Shown: one piece after another, positions 1 through 8,519 of the stretch
Layout of the letters: every line of letters starts with the position of its first letter
Numbering within the stretch: position 1 is the first letter of the stretch
Source: Planctomycetota bacterium
GTDB taxonomy: Bacteria > Planctomycetota > DG-23 > DATKVD01
Reading direction: 5' to 3'
DNA length: 61,290 nt
NCBI GenBank assembly: GCA_037439485.1
Contig: JBBIVY010000005.1
Coordinates: 1-61,290 of the forward strand
Program-made: the position numbers and the translations under genes
The notes under the pieces: generated by a model
The model's database searches: none
What the model saw: the letters and a program-made list of their open reading frames with translations, nothing else
What the model was told of the DNA's origin: nothing

Positions 1-10
1 TACAGGGAGG

Positions 11-1288
11 TCACTTGAAGACCTTGAAGTTATCCTTGGCGTCGCGCCACCAGTCGCGCCAGGCGCGCTTGTTGAGGCCGAAGTCTTTGGCGGTCATGCC
101 GCGGAGGGCGTCGAGGGCGGCGTAGTTGATGACGTAGACGATGCTCGGATCGTCGGGGACGTCGAGCGGGCGCCAGGTGCCGCCGGGGCCGGCGCCGACG
201 ACTCCCGCGGTCGGGTCGGAGATGATCGGCCCGCGCTCGGGGCCCGAGTCCTTCGTCTGGTAGCCGCGGAGGCCCAGCGCCGGCGCGCCTTCCGCCGACC
301 GCCGGACGCGATAGGGCGTGTAGATCGCCTCGATCAGCGGGTCCACCGCCTGCGCCGGCCGAACGACGCCCAGCAGCAGCGCCGCGGCGAATCGCACCGC
401 CGGCACGTCCGGGTCGCGCAGGGCCTTCAGCGTTTCCGCGAGCATCACGTCGTCCCATCGCTTCGAGAGGACCTTTCGCCCGCGCTCGCGGACATACGCG
501 TCTTCGTCATAGAGCGCATGAAGCAGCGCCTCCTGCGCGATGCCCGCGGCGTCGACCTTGTCCCCGGCGCGCAGCGCGGCCTGGCGGACGTCGGGGCTCT
601 TGTGCCGCGCGAGGGCCATCATCGGCCCGGCGGCCAGCGGGTCGCGCATCGCGGCGAGCGCGTCCTCGGCGTCGCGCTTCGCGGGGTCGGACTTCGGGCT
701 GGCGATGATCTCGGCGAGGGCGTCGACGCGCTTCGCCACTTGCTTCGTCAGGTCGCGCCGGAGCGCCTCGGCCTCGGCAAGCTCCGCGGCCTCCTTCGTC
801 ATCCAGCGGCCGTCGACGAAGCGCAGGCCCATCGCCTGCTTGGCATCGAGTTCGCTCATCCACTTGCCCTGATACTTCATCTGCCCGAGCGCGCGGCGGG
901 CACCCTCGTGGTCGGGTTCGAGCGCGCAGGCGTAGTTCAGGTGATAATCGGCCTCGCGCGACAGGCCATTACGGCGGCACCAGAGCCCGAGGAGATACTG
1001 CTGGTCCGCGTCCTTCGCGTCGAGCGAGGCGAGCTTCGCGTCATACTGCTCGCGCTTCGTCGGCGCGCGGTCGATGTCGCGGATGGAGGCGCGGTCGATG
1101 GAGACTTCGCCGCCCGCGGTCTTGACGACCACGGCGTCCTTCGTCTCGCGGACGATGGTGCCTTCCCATGAGCGTCCGTCGGTCAGCGTGACCGTGGCGG
1201 CGCTCGCGAGCTCCGCCGGGAAGAGCATCAGCGCGGCGGCCGCGAAGAGGCCTGAGAATCGCGCAGGATGAAGCGGTGGCGCCATCAT
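11..1288 (-). CDS. Secreted HEAT-repeat protein with N-terminal beta (LSm-like) module and TPR-like segment
   Basis: Signal peptide (FSGLFAAAALMLFPAELASA), N-terminal VTLTDGRSWEGTIV...GEVSIDRASI module, QYLLGLWC...PDHEGARRALG helical repeat, HEAT-like motifs (SPDVRQAALRA, DEDAYVRERGRKVL, PAVRFAAALLLG). Start chosen at ATG 1288; the ORF track extends to 1339. Confidence 0.75.
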   Translation of the reverse strand: MMAPPLHPARFSGLFAAAALMLFPAELASAATVTLTDGRSWEGTIVRETKDAVVVKTAGGEVSIDRASIRDIDRAPTKREQYDAKLASLDAKDADQQYLLGLWCRRNGLSREADYHLNYACALEPDHEGARRALGQMKYQGKWMSELDAKQAMGLRFVDGRWMTKEAAELAEAEALRRDLTKQVAKRVDALAEIIASPKSDPAKRDAEDALAAMRDPLAAGPMMALARHKSPDVRQAALRAGDKVDAAGIAQEALLHALYDEDAYVRERGRKVLSKRWDDVMLAETLKALRDPDVPAVRFAAALLLGVVRPAQAVDPLIEAIYTPYRVRRSAEGAPALGLRGYQTKDSGPERGPIISDPTAGVVGAGPGGTWRPLDVPDDPSIVYVINYAALDALRGMTAKDFGLNKRAWRDWWRDAKDNFKVFK

Positions 1289-1375
1289 GGCATAGATTCT
1301 CCCCAATGGTATTCTAGACGAATAAAAGCCCGGGGTCATTCACAAAGTTCCGCTGAAAATCCTACGGCGGAGACA

Positions 1376-2032
1376 TCAGGCGCGCCGCGTTTCGCCGCGG
1401 AGCTGTTCGACGACCCGGCGCCGGGTGAAGTAATACCAGGCCATTCCGCCCTGGAAGGCGATGCTCAGCACGACGACGATGCCGTAGAAGATGCGCGCGG
1501 CGTCGGCGAGGGAAGCGTTGCCGAGGAGCCCGCGGAGGTTCTGTTCGAACGGCTGCCGGAACTCGGGATCGTCGGGCATCACGCGCTTGAGAAGTTCGTC
1601 CGTCACCGGCATCCGGGCGGCCTCCGATGTCGAGGCGAGGGTCATCTGCACGGCGCAATAGAGCGCGATGGCCAGGAAGAGCGCCACTTGGTTCACCGCC
1701 AGCATCCTCGGCGCCGACGGGTCCGCGCGACGCATCCGCCGCGAGCCGGTCAGCTCCACGAAACCTACGACGGTAATGGCGGTCGTTACGAAGAGCCCGG
1801 GAAGGCTGAACCACACGAGCGAGATGACGACGCCGAGCGCGCCGATGACGATCTCCGTCATGGCGCTTGCGAACGCGACCGTCGCGGCGCGCCTCACCCC
1901 TCGCTCCGCGTCGCTTGGGAAGCCCTGCGACGGGCCTGCCGGCATGACGGTCACGTACGGCGGCAGCGGCGGCCTCGTCGGCAGCGGCGGGGGGGCGGAA
2001 GGTCTCGGGCTGTCGGCCGGCGGAACGGTCAT
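1376..2032 (-). CDS. Hypothetical membrane protein (about 4 TM segments)
   Basis: Pro-rich N-terminus and several hydrophobic helices; start overlaps the mtaB stop (ATGA-type coupling at 2029-2032). Confidence 0.7.
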   Translation of the reverse strand: MTVPPADSPRPSAPPPLPTRPPLPPYVTVMPAGPSQGFPSDAERGVRRAATVAFASAMTEIVIGALGVVISLVWFSLPGLFVTTAITVVGFVELTGSRRMRRADPSAPRMLAVNQVALFLAIALYCAVQMTLASTSEAARMPVTDELLKRVMPDDPEFRQPFEQNLRGLLGNASLADAARIFYGIVVVLSIAFQGGMAWYYFTRRRVVEQLRGETRRA

Positions 2033-3291
2033 TGCGAGTCCTTGCCTTTCAGTCGGCCTTCGAGAGTTCCGGCCCCGGCGCGTTCGATGGTGACGAGCGC
2101 CTTGCGGCCGATGAGTTCCGGCCCGGCGTCAAAGGTAACTCGGAGATAGCGTTCCGTCAAGCCCGAGGCGACTGTGCGGGCGACCGCGCGGCCGGATTTG
2201 CCGGGCTCGACGGTCTCGACGATGACCTCGACGTTGCGGCCGACGAAGGCGCGGGCGTAGTCGAGGGCGAGTTCGTCGGCGAGCGTCATGAGCTGCCGCT
2301 TGCGCCGGGTGACGACGCGCTGGGTGACGTGTCCGGGGAGCGTTGCGGCCTTCGTCCCGGCGCGGGCGCTGAAACGAAATACGTGGACCTTGCTGAAGCG
2401 CGCCTCTCGCACGACGCGCAGCGTGTTCTCGAACGCCGAATCCGACTCTCCCGGAAAGCCCACGATGACGTCCGTCGTGACCGCCGCGTCGGGGATGCGC
2501 TCGCGGATGCGCCCTACGGCGTCAAGGAATTGCCCCGGCGAATAGCGCCGGTTCATCGCCGCCAGGATTCCTGAGTCCCCCGACTGCAGCGGCAGGTGAA
2601 CGTGCGGACAGACGACCGGGTTCGAGGCCATCAGCTCGATGATCTCCTCCGCCAGCTCCGGCATCTCGATGGAACTCAGCCGCAGCCGCGCGAGTCCGGG
2701 AGTTGCGGCCACGCCGCTGATCACCTTGGCCAATGATCCGGAATACTTTCCGACATGAATCCCCGTGAGCACGATTTCCAGGAACCCCGCCGCGACGAGT
2801 TCGCGGGCCTCGATGAGGATGGCATCGAGGGGCTTCGAGGAGAGGGCAGGCCTGACGAGCGGGACGATGCAATACGAGCAGCGGGCGTCGCAGCCGTCCT
2901 GAATCTTCAGATACGCGCGGCCCCGGCGTCCGGCGGGCGGTTCGACGCTTGCCGCCGGTTCCTTGCCGCGGGTGATAATCCGCGCCAGCTCTGTCTTGTC
3001 GGCGAACACCCCGGCCACGTTCGGCAGCCTGCGGAGCTGGTCCGCCTCGCGCGCGGCGTAGCATCCGGTGATGTATATCCGCGCCGCGGGGTGCTCGCGG
3101 GCGATGCGCATCACGGCCTGTCGGGCGCGCCGGTCGGCCTTTTCGGTCACGGTGCAGGAGTTGACGATCACGATATCCGGCTGGGCGGCCTCATCCACCC
3201 GCACCCCCGCCTTCGCCAGCGCCGAGGCGAGGGCGTCGCCTTCGTACTGGTTGGTCTTGCAACCGAACGTGACGATGCGGGCGGTGGTCAT
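2029..3291 (-). CDS. mtaB: tRNA t6A37 methylthiotransferase MtaB (MiaB-like radical SAM)
   Basis: UPF0004 start TFGCKTNQYE...NSCTVT, radical SAM GCDARCSYC, RLRLSSIE, HVFRFSARAGT, C-terminal TRAM-like region. Confidence 0.9.
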   Translation of the reverse strand: MTTARIVTFGCKTNQYEGDALASALAKAGVRVDEAAQPDIVIVNSCTVTEKADRRARQAVMRIAREHPAARIYITGCYAAREADQLRRLPNVAGVFADKTELARIITRGKEPAASVEPPAGRRGRAYLKIQDGCDARCSYCIVPLVRPALSSKPLDAILIEARELVAAGFLEIVLTGIHVGKYSGSLAKVISGVAATPGLARLRLSSIEMPELAEEIIELMASNPVVCPHVHLPLQSGDSGILAAMNRRYSPGQFLDAVGRIRERIPDAAVTTDVIVGFPGESDSAFENTLRVVREARFSKVHVFRFSARAGTKAATLPGHVTQRVVTRRKRQLMTLADELALDYARAFVGRNVEVIVETVEPGKSGRAVARTVASGLTERYLRVTFDAGPELIGRKALVTIERAGAGTLEGRLKGKDSQ

Positions 3292-3339
3292 GGCGCTATA
3301 CTATCCCGAGGCCTTCGAATGAAGAAGACATTTCCCGCC

Positions 3340-3367
3340 TTGCGCGTCGCGTTTCAGCGGGTAGAAT
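3340..3367 (+). promoter_or_regulatory. Putative sigma-70 promoter (divergent from mtaB)
   Basis: TTGCGC-N16-TAGAAT upstream of the 3411 CDS. Confidence 0.45.
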
Positions 3368-3410
3368 ACTCCGGTACCGGCCGACCGAACGAGCCACGCG
3401 TGAACCCTCT

Positions 3411-5357
3411 ATGAACCTGAACGCCCTCCGCACGCTCTTCCTATGCGCCACGGCGCTGATGCTGCAGGCGCAACTATGCCCGGCGACCGACGAGCCGCTG
3501 CTGCCCGTGGAGACCCCCGGCGACGCGGCGAAGCTCGGGGATCGCACGGATGCCGGGCGCATGGAGGCCCTGGCCAAGCGGGGCGGCTCGCGCGAGTCCG
3601 AGGCCGCGGTCGTGGCGGCGCTCAAGTGGCTCGTCGCGCACCAGGATGACGACGGCCGCTGGTCCGCGGTCGGCTTCACGCGGCATTGCCCCGACGGCGA
3701 CCTCTGCGGGGGCGTCGCGCCTCAGCAGCACGGCGACCTGCCGGGCACCTACGACGTGGCGACGACGGGGCTTTCGCTCCTCGCGCTCTTAGGCCACGGC
3801 AGCACGCACCAGAACGGGGAATACAAGGAGCAGGCGTCGCGGGCGCTCGAGTGGCTCCTCAAGCAGCAGGACGAGCACACGGGCTGCTTCGGCAAGGGCG
3901 AGCAGGTGAGTATGTATAACCACGCCGTCGGGGCGCTGGCGCTCGCCGAGGATTACGCCATGACGCGCGACCCGCGGCTCAAGATACGCGTCATCCGCGC
4001 CCTCGGCTACATCTGCCAGGCCCAGCAGAAGTCCGGCGGGTGGGATTACACCGCCGCGCGCACCGACCGCAACGATTCCTCCGTCACCGGCTGGCAGGTC
4101 ATGGCCCTCAAGAGCGCCCACGCCTGCCAGGTGTCGGTGCCCTGGAGGACAACCTGGGGCATCCTCCGCCATTTCGAACGCGTCACCGACGAGGAAGGGT
4201 TCGTCGGCTACACCGCCGAGCCCACCAGCCGACACGGCATCGCGCTCGTCGCGGTGGGCATCCTCTCGGAACTTTCGCTCGGCATGGGCCGCGACCATCC
4301 GACCGTCCGGCGGCAGGTGAGCATGCTCCTCGACGACCTGCCCGCCTGGCACAAGCTCCGCGGCGAGCACGGGCACGATCACTCGGAGTATTATTGGTAC
4401 TACGGCACGCTCGCCATGTACCAGGTCGGCGGGTTCGACTGGGAGAAATGGAACGCCGCCACGCGCGACATGCTCGTCCGGGCGCAATGCGCCGAGGGGC
4501 ACAAGGCCGGCTCGTGGGACCCCGACGGCTACTGGGCCCGAGGCTTCGCCGGTCGCGTCTACATGACCGCGCTCATGACGCTGACGCTCGAAGTGTATTA
4601 TCGCTACCTGCCGATGTACGAGACGCAGGACACGCTGCACGCGGGCGCGGCGCTCGTCAACGTCATGCAGGCGGAGGAGAACGCGGACAGGAAGACGGCG
4701 ATATTGCAGAAGCTGATATTGCTGAAGGACCCGACGCTGCCGGAGTTGCTGAAGAAGCTGCTGGAGGACGAGAGCGCCGCGGTGCGATTCACGGCGGCGA
4801 AGTCGCTGGCGCAGTCGGGGGACCCCTCGGGCATCGCGTGCCTGGGCATCGGCGTGGCGTCGACGGACGCGTTCACGCGGTTCGCGGCGATCCGGGCGCT
4901 GGAGGAGATCGACCGGCCGGAGGCGCTGGAGCCGCTGATCCGGGCGCTTTCCGATCCCGTGGAGGCGAACGCGGCGCGGGCCTCGCGGGCGCTCGAACGC
5001 AAGACCGGCCAGGGCTTCGGCTTCGAAGAGGCGAAAACTCCCGAAGAGAAGCGGAAAATCATTGCATCCTGGCAGGAGTGGTGGAAGAATAGCGTTGCTG
5101 CGGCCAATCTGCCCGACGTGAACGGCTCGGTCGTCGCCGCGCGCGACGGCGGCAAGCGGGTGCTCCTCCAGTTCGGCGACAAGGACGCGATCGTCAAGGG
5201 GATGCGCCTCAAGGTCTTCCGCGACGGCAAGGCCGCCGGGTTCGTCGAGATCGTCGAAGTGCTCCGCGGCGGCATGGCCGAGGCCACCGTTACCCGCTGG
5301 GACACCCTCGGCGGGGCGATCCGGCAGGGAGATAAGGTTGCCACCAGGCAACCCTGA
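3411..5357 (+). CDS. Secreted prenyltransferase/squalene-cyclase-repeat protein with HEAT repeats
   Basis: Signal peptide; QW-like repeats (ALKWLVAHQDDDGRW, ALEWLLKQQD, ALGYICQAQQKSGGW), YYWYYGT, LTLEVYYRYLP; HEAT repeats (DESAAVRFTAAKSL, DAFTRFAAIRAL); small C-terminal beta domain. Confidence 0.85.
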   Translation: MNLNALRTLFLCATALMLQAQLCPATDEPLLPVETPGDAAKLGDRTDAGRMEALAKRGGSRESEAAVVAALKWLVAHQDDDGRWSAVGFTRHCPDGDLCGGVAPQQHGDLPGTYDVATTGLSLLALLGHGSTHQNGEYKEQASRALEWLLKQQDEHTGCFGKGEQVSMYNHAVGALALAEDYAMTRDPRLKIRVIRALGYICQAQQKSGGWDYTAARTDRNDSSVTGWQVMALKSAHACQVSVPWRTTWGILRHFERVTDEEGFVGYTAEPTSRHGIALVAVGILSELSLGMGRDHPTVRRQVSMLLDDLPAWHKLRGEHGHDHSEYYWYYGTLAMYQVGGFDWEKWNAATRDMLVRAQCAEGHKAGSWDPDGYWARGFAGRVYMTALMTLTLEVYYRYLPMYETQDTLHAGAALVNVMQAEENADRKTAILQKLILLKDPTLPELLKKLLEDESAAVRFTAAKSLAQSGDPSGIACLGIGVASTDAFTRFAAIRALEEIDRPEALEPLIRALSDPVEANAARASRALERKTGQGFGFEEAKTPEEKRKIIASWQEWWKNSVAAANLPDVNGSVVAARDGGKRVLLQFGDKDAIVKGMRLKVFRDGKAAGFVEIVEVLRGGMAEATVTRWDTLGGAIRQGDKVATRQP

Positions 5358-5443
5358 ATGACGAATGACGAAATCCGAATGACGAATGCCGGCGCGCGGC
5401 GGGAGAGATTCGGGATTCATTCGTCATTCGTGCTTCGTCATTC
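5356..5443. repeat. Inverted pair of heptamer tandem repeats (GAATGAC)n / (GTCATTC)n
   Basis: gaatgacgaatgacgaaatccgaatgacgaatg at 5356-5388 and its approximate reverse complement gattcgggattcattcgtcattcgtgcttcgtcattc at 5407-5443; could fold as a long hairpin. Confidence 0.8.
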
Positions 5444-5463
5444 GTTCGAAGGAGAGGTGTTGA

Positions 5464-6474
5464 GTGCTAGCCCCGTCCACCCACGACCGTCTGATCGCCC
5501 GGCTGAAGGAAGGTAAGAGCTTCCTCGTCAGTTCGCACGTGCGGCTGGACGGCGACGGCCTGGGCAGCGCGCTGGCGATGGACTCGCTGCTGAGGCAACT
5601 CGGCAAATCGTCGCAGGTGTTTCTGCCCGGCGCGGTGCCGGTGGTCTACCAGTTTCTGCCCGGCGTTGAACGCACGATGTCGCTTGAAGACACGCCCACG
5701 GCGAAGGTCCCCGCCGGGGTCGATACGTTCATCGCCGTGGACGTGGCCGACACGACCCGCCTCGGCGGCGTCATGGAACTCCTGCCCGTCGGCGTCGTCA
5801 CCGCGAGCATCGACCACCATCGTTCCGGCACGCTCAAGGCCGACATCGAGTGCGACGACCCCGACGCGTCGAGCACCGGGGAGTTGGTCTACGACCTCAT
5901 CAAGCGCGGGGGATTCGAGTTCACCCCCGACATCGCGACGAACATCTTCGCGGCGATCATGTCCGACACGCAGCGGTTCTCTCTGCCCAACACCGACGCG
6001 AAGTGCCTCGCGGTCGCGGCGGAGATGGTGGAGCGCGGGGCAAACCCGGGGGACCTGGGCGACCAGCTCTACCGCTCGTGGCAGCACGGACAGCTTGCGC
6101 TCTGGGCCGAGGTGGCCAGTCGCATCCGCGTCGACGACTCCGGCAAGCTCGCCTGGACCTCGATGACCCTTGAGATGCTCGGGCGCTACAAGGTGAGTTC
6201 CGACGACACGCAGGACTTCGCCGACATCCCTCGGATGCTCGCCGGGGTGGAGGTCGGGGTGCTCTTCCGCGAGTTCGAGCGCGGGGTGCGCGTGAGCCTT
6301 CGCTCCAACCGCATCCCGATCCTCTCCGTCGCCGAGATCTTCAAGGGCGGCGGCCATCAGCTCGCCTGCGGCTGCGAGCTCGCCACCAACCTCGCCGAGG
6401 CCCAGCAGCAGGTCCTCGCCGCGGTGCGGGAGGCGCTGAAGAAGATCGTCGGCTCTCAGGCGGAGGACCGATGA
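5464..6474 (+). CDS. nrnA: DHH/DHHA1 bifunctional oligoribonuclease/PAP phosphatase NrnA
   Basis: SHVRLDGDGLGS, VDVAD, IDHH, SSTGELVY, IMSDTQRF, VSLRS, GGGHQLACG motifs. Confidence 0.9.
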   Translation: MLAPSTHDRLIARLKEGKSFLVSSHVRLDGDGLGSALAMDSLLRQLGKSSQVFLPGAVPVVYQFLPGVERTMSLEDTPTAKVPAGVDTFIAVDVADTTRLGGVMELLPVGVVTASIDHHRSGTLKADIECDDPDASSTGELVYDLIKRGGFEFTPDIATNIFAAIMSDTQRFSLPNTDAKCLAVAAEMVERGANPGDLGDQLYRSWQHGQLALWAEVASRIRVDDSGKLAWTSMTLEMLGRYKVSSDDTQDFADIPRMLAGVEVGVLFREFERGVRVSLRSNRIPILSVAEIFKGGGHQLACGCELATNLAEAQQQVLAAVREALKKIVGSQAEDR

Positions 6475-7268
6475 CCCCCGCGAAGAAACAGCACGACGAC
6501 CGGACGGCGCCGCTCTTCCGGATGCTGGAAGACAAGATCGCCCTCGAACGCTCGTTCGGCGTCGAAGTCGTGGGGAAGCCCGTGCCGGCTTCTTCATCCC
6601 CTCTCCCTCCGGGAGAGGGTCAGGGTGAGGGTGACGTCTCACCGGCTCCCGAGACGAAGGCCCCTGCGGAGAAGCCCCCTGCGGCACAGGGTACCGGAAC
6701 CAAGGCCGAGCGTCTCGCGGCCCTGCGGCAGGAGCTGGCCGATTGCCACGAGTGCCAGCTTGCCCGGACGCGGACGAACCTGGTCTTCGGCGTCGGGAAT
6801 CCCGAGGCGCGGTTGATGTTCGTGGGCGAGGCGCCGGGGGCGGATGAAGACGCGCAAGGGGAGCCGTTCGTCGGCCGAGCGGGGCAGCTCTTGACGCGCA
6901 TGATCATCGCGATGGGCCTCAGGCGCGAGGACGTCTACATCGCCAACATCCTCAAATGCCGTCCGCCCGAGAACCGCGTTCCGCGGCCGGAGGAGGTCAT
7001 CGCGTGCATGCCATACCTCCGCCGGCAGATCGACATCATCCATCCCGAGGTCCTCGTCTGCCTCGGCGGCACCGCCGCGCAGAACCTCCTCGAACTCCAG
7101 ATGCCCGTCGGCCGCATGCGCAACCAGTGGCACGACTATCACGGCGTCCCCACTCTCGTTACCTTCCATCCGGCCTATCTCCTTCGTAACCCTCCCGACA
7201 AGGGCAAGGCGTGGGAAGACATGAAGACGGTTCTTAATAGGCTGGGCCTGCCGATCCCGCAGCGGTGA
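6471..7268 (+). CDS. udg: Uracil-DNA glycosylase family 4 (Fe-S)
   Basis: CHECQL...[45 protein letters not shown]. Confidence 0.93.
   Translation: MTPAKKQHDDRTAPLFRMLEDKIALERSFGVEVVGKPVPASSSPLPPGEGQGEGDVSPAPETKAPAEKPPAAQGTGTKAERLAALRQELADCHECQLARTRTNLVFGVGNPEARLMFVGEAPGADEDAQGEPFVGRAGQLLTRMIIAMGLRREDVYIANILKCRPPENRVPRPEEVIACMPYLRRQIDIIHPEVLVCLGGTAAQNLLELQMPVGRMRNQWHDYHGVPTLVTFHPAYLLRNPPDKGKAWEDMKTVLNRLGLPIPQR
6598..6632 (+). repeat. REP-like palindrome (CCCTCTCCC..GGGAGAGGG-CAGGGTGAGGG family) inside the udg coding sequence
   Basis: cccctctccctccgggagagggtcagggtgagggt, nearly identical to intergenic copies at 28126-28158 and 30841-30874. Confidence 0.8.
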
Positions 7269-7278
7269 TGCTTCTTAT

Positions 7279-7302
7279 GTGGCACACCCGTCCCCGGCTG
7301 CG
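7279..7302 (+). repeat. Degenerate REP-like palindrome after udg
   Basis: gtggcacacccgtccccggctgcg, an imperfect stem directly after the udg stop. Confidence 0.35.
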
Positions 7303-7310
7303 GCTGTTTC

Positions 7311-7345
7311 GCGCAACTCCTGCGCGGCCGGCGCAACTTCTGCGC
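7311..7345. promoter_or_regulatory. Two tandem palindromic sites, candidate bEBP upstream activator sequences
   Basis: GCGCAACTCCTGCGC (7311-7325) and GCGCAACTTCTGCGC (7331-7345): GCGCA-N5-TGCGC at a 20-bp period, about 105-140 bp upstream of a sigma-54 site. Confidence 0.65.
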
Positions 7346-7447
7346 GCGGGTTCGGTCTTCCGGGCGGGTCTGCGAAAAATCCATAATGGCCATAACCCAT
7401 TGTGAGTGCAATGCTTGCGGCGGATTCTGCCTCCGTCGGCAGGGCGA

Positions 7448-7467
7448 TTGGCACGCCGTTTGCTATA
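7448..7467 (+). promoter_or_regulatory. Sigma-54 (-24/-12) promoter
   Basis: TTGGCACGCCGTTTGCTATA matches the TGGCACG-N4-TTGCW consensus exactly. Confidence 0.85.
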
Positions 7468-7552
7468 GAGGACGACCGAGTGGGCCGGGGGGCTGTTGAA
7501 TACCCTGCCCGTCGCTACGTGCCACCCAGATCGACAGCCGAGGAGGATTGCA

Positions 7553-7933
7553 TTGAGCGACTGCGTCGATTTGCCGGGAGTTTTCGGACGGAGTCTCGAA
7601 GCGACGAGCGCCGCAAATCGTTTCCGCAATCCGTCGCTGCCGCCGGGGGAGTGCGCCGGGAGGGTGGAGGAGCAGGCTCTCGGGCTCGATCTGATCCTTC
7701 AGTCGACCCTCTGCGCCTCGTTCGTCCGCGCGCGCGTTACGGACTCCGAGCGCGAGACCGTCATCGCCAAAGTCGTCGCCTGGTCGTGCGAGCCCCGGAC
7801 CGATTTGGCTGGGCTTCAGGCCGAGGTCGACGCGATGCTCACGTCATTCGAAGTTGCCGAGGAAGACCGCCTGCAGATTATTGCCGACATCGTCCGCGTG
7901 TTGTCGGGGAATCAGTCCCGCCACGCCGCCTGA
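7553..7933 (+). CDS. Hypothetical protein (about 126 aa), sigma-54 controlled
   Basis: AGGAGG at 7541-7546 precedes an in-frame TTG at 7553; downstream of the sigma-54 promoter and followed by a GC hairpin at 7935-7958. No family recognised. Confidence 0.6.
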   Translation: MSDCVDLPGVFGRSLEATSAANRFRNPSLPPGECAGRVEEQALGLDLILQSTLCASFVRARVTDSERETVIAKVVAWSCEPRTDLAGLQAEVDAMLTSFEVAEEDRLQIIADIVRVLSGNQSRHAA

Positions 7934-7934
7934 G

Positions 7935-7958
7935 CCCCTTCCCCCTGAGGGGGAGGGG
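7935..7958 (+). terminator. GC-rich hairpin (REP-related) after the orphan gene
   Basis: ccccttccccc tga gggggagggg immediately after the TGA; weak U tail. Confidence 0.45.
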
Positions 7959-8108
7959 TTGGCAACTCATGTCTCGCGGCGACGGGCTGTCCGCGCCGGC
8001 GACCCCCTCCTCTCCTGACGAAAAACCCCTCCACCCCTCTCACTTCTCAGGAGCCCACTCAAGGGCAGAGCCGGCGCAGACAGCCCGTTTCTTTTTCTGA
8101 AAGAGTCG

Positions 8109-8137
8109 TTGACATCCTTTCATCGGGCTCTTAGAAT
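8109..8137 (+). promoter_or_regulatory. Near-consensus sigma-70 promoter (distal)
   Basis: TTGACA-N17-TAGAAT. Confidence 0.75.
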
Positions 8138-8429
8138 CCAGTCATTGATTGTTGGCCTACATACGCGGGATACCTTATCCAGCAGTTTCAGTCGTCTCAT
8201 CAGTGGCTTGCGAAGAACTTTCCAAAAGGTCAATTCACAGTCTTTCAACGCGACCCGACTCCCACCGGCAGATTCCCGGCGGGCAGGTGTTTTAGGCCTG
8301 TATTGATATAACGAGTTGACTTGTAAGGGCTTGCGGCGTTGCTTTGTCGGGCGATTCGGCTTCGGATGGACCCTTTCAGGGGGGTAAGGAAGTTCCTGAT
8401 GCAGTTCTGAGAAAGGCCGAGTTTTTTCC

Positions 8430-8457
8430 TTGACTGGATTGGGGTTGTGACTAAAAT
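8430..8457 (+). promoter_or_regulatory. Sigma-70 promoter (proximal to pilM)
   Basis: TTGACT-N16-TAAAAT with a T-tract upstream, about 60 bp before the pilM ATG. Confidence 0.65.
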
Positions 8458-8519
8458 CCAGTGACTTTTTGGCTTGGCTTCGTTGCGCGGAGTGTCCGGC
8501 TTCGATTCAGGGGGGACCA

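Noticed and set aside
5356-5443. Possible CRISPR array (also the repeat at 12388-12459)
   Set aside because: Repeats are 7-mers or coding 24-mers without unique spacers, and there are no cas genes. The PD-(D/E)XK domains belong to AddAB, not Cas4.
5461-5470. Half CIRCE-like GAGTGCTA
   Set aside because: No matching TTAGCACTC left arm, and it overlaps the nrnA start.
7402-8100. 232-aa Arg-rich ORF overlapping the orphan gene
   Set aside because: It starts upstream of the sigma-54 promoter, has no RBS and runs through the hairpin; the 7553-7933 frame has the SD and a more protein-like composition.
8140-8460. oriC or c-di-GMP riboswitch in the AT-richer gap
   Set aside because: Only one partial DnaA-box-like sequence and no GEMM consensus (GGCAAA..GAAA..GACGCAAAG) visible.
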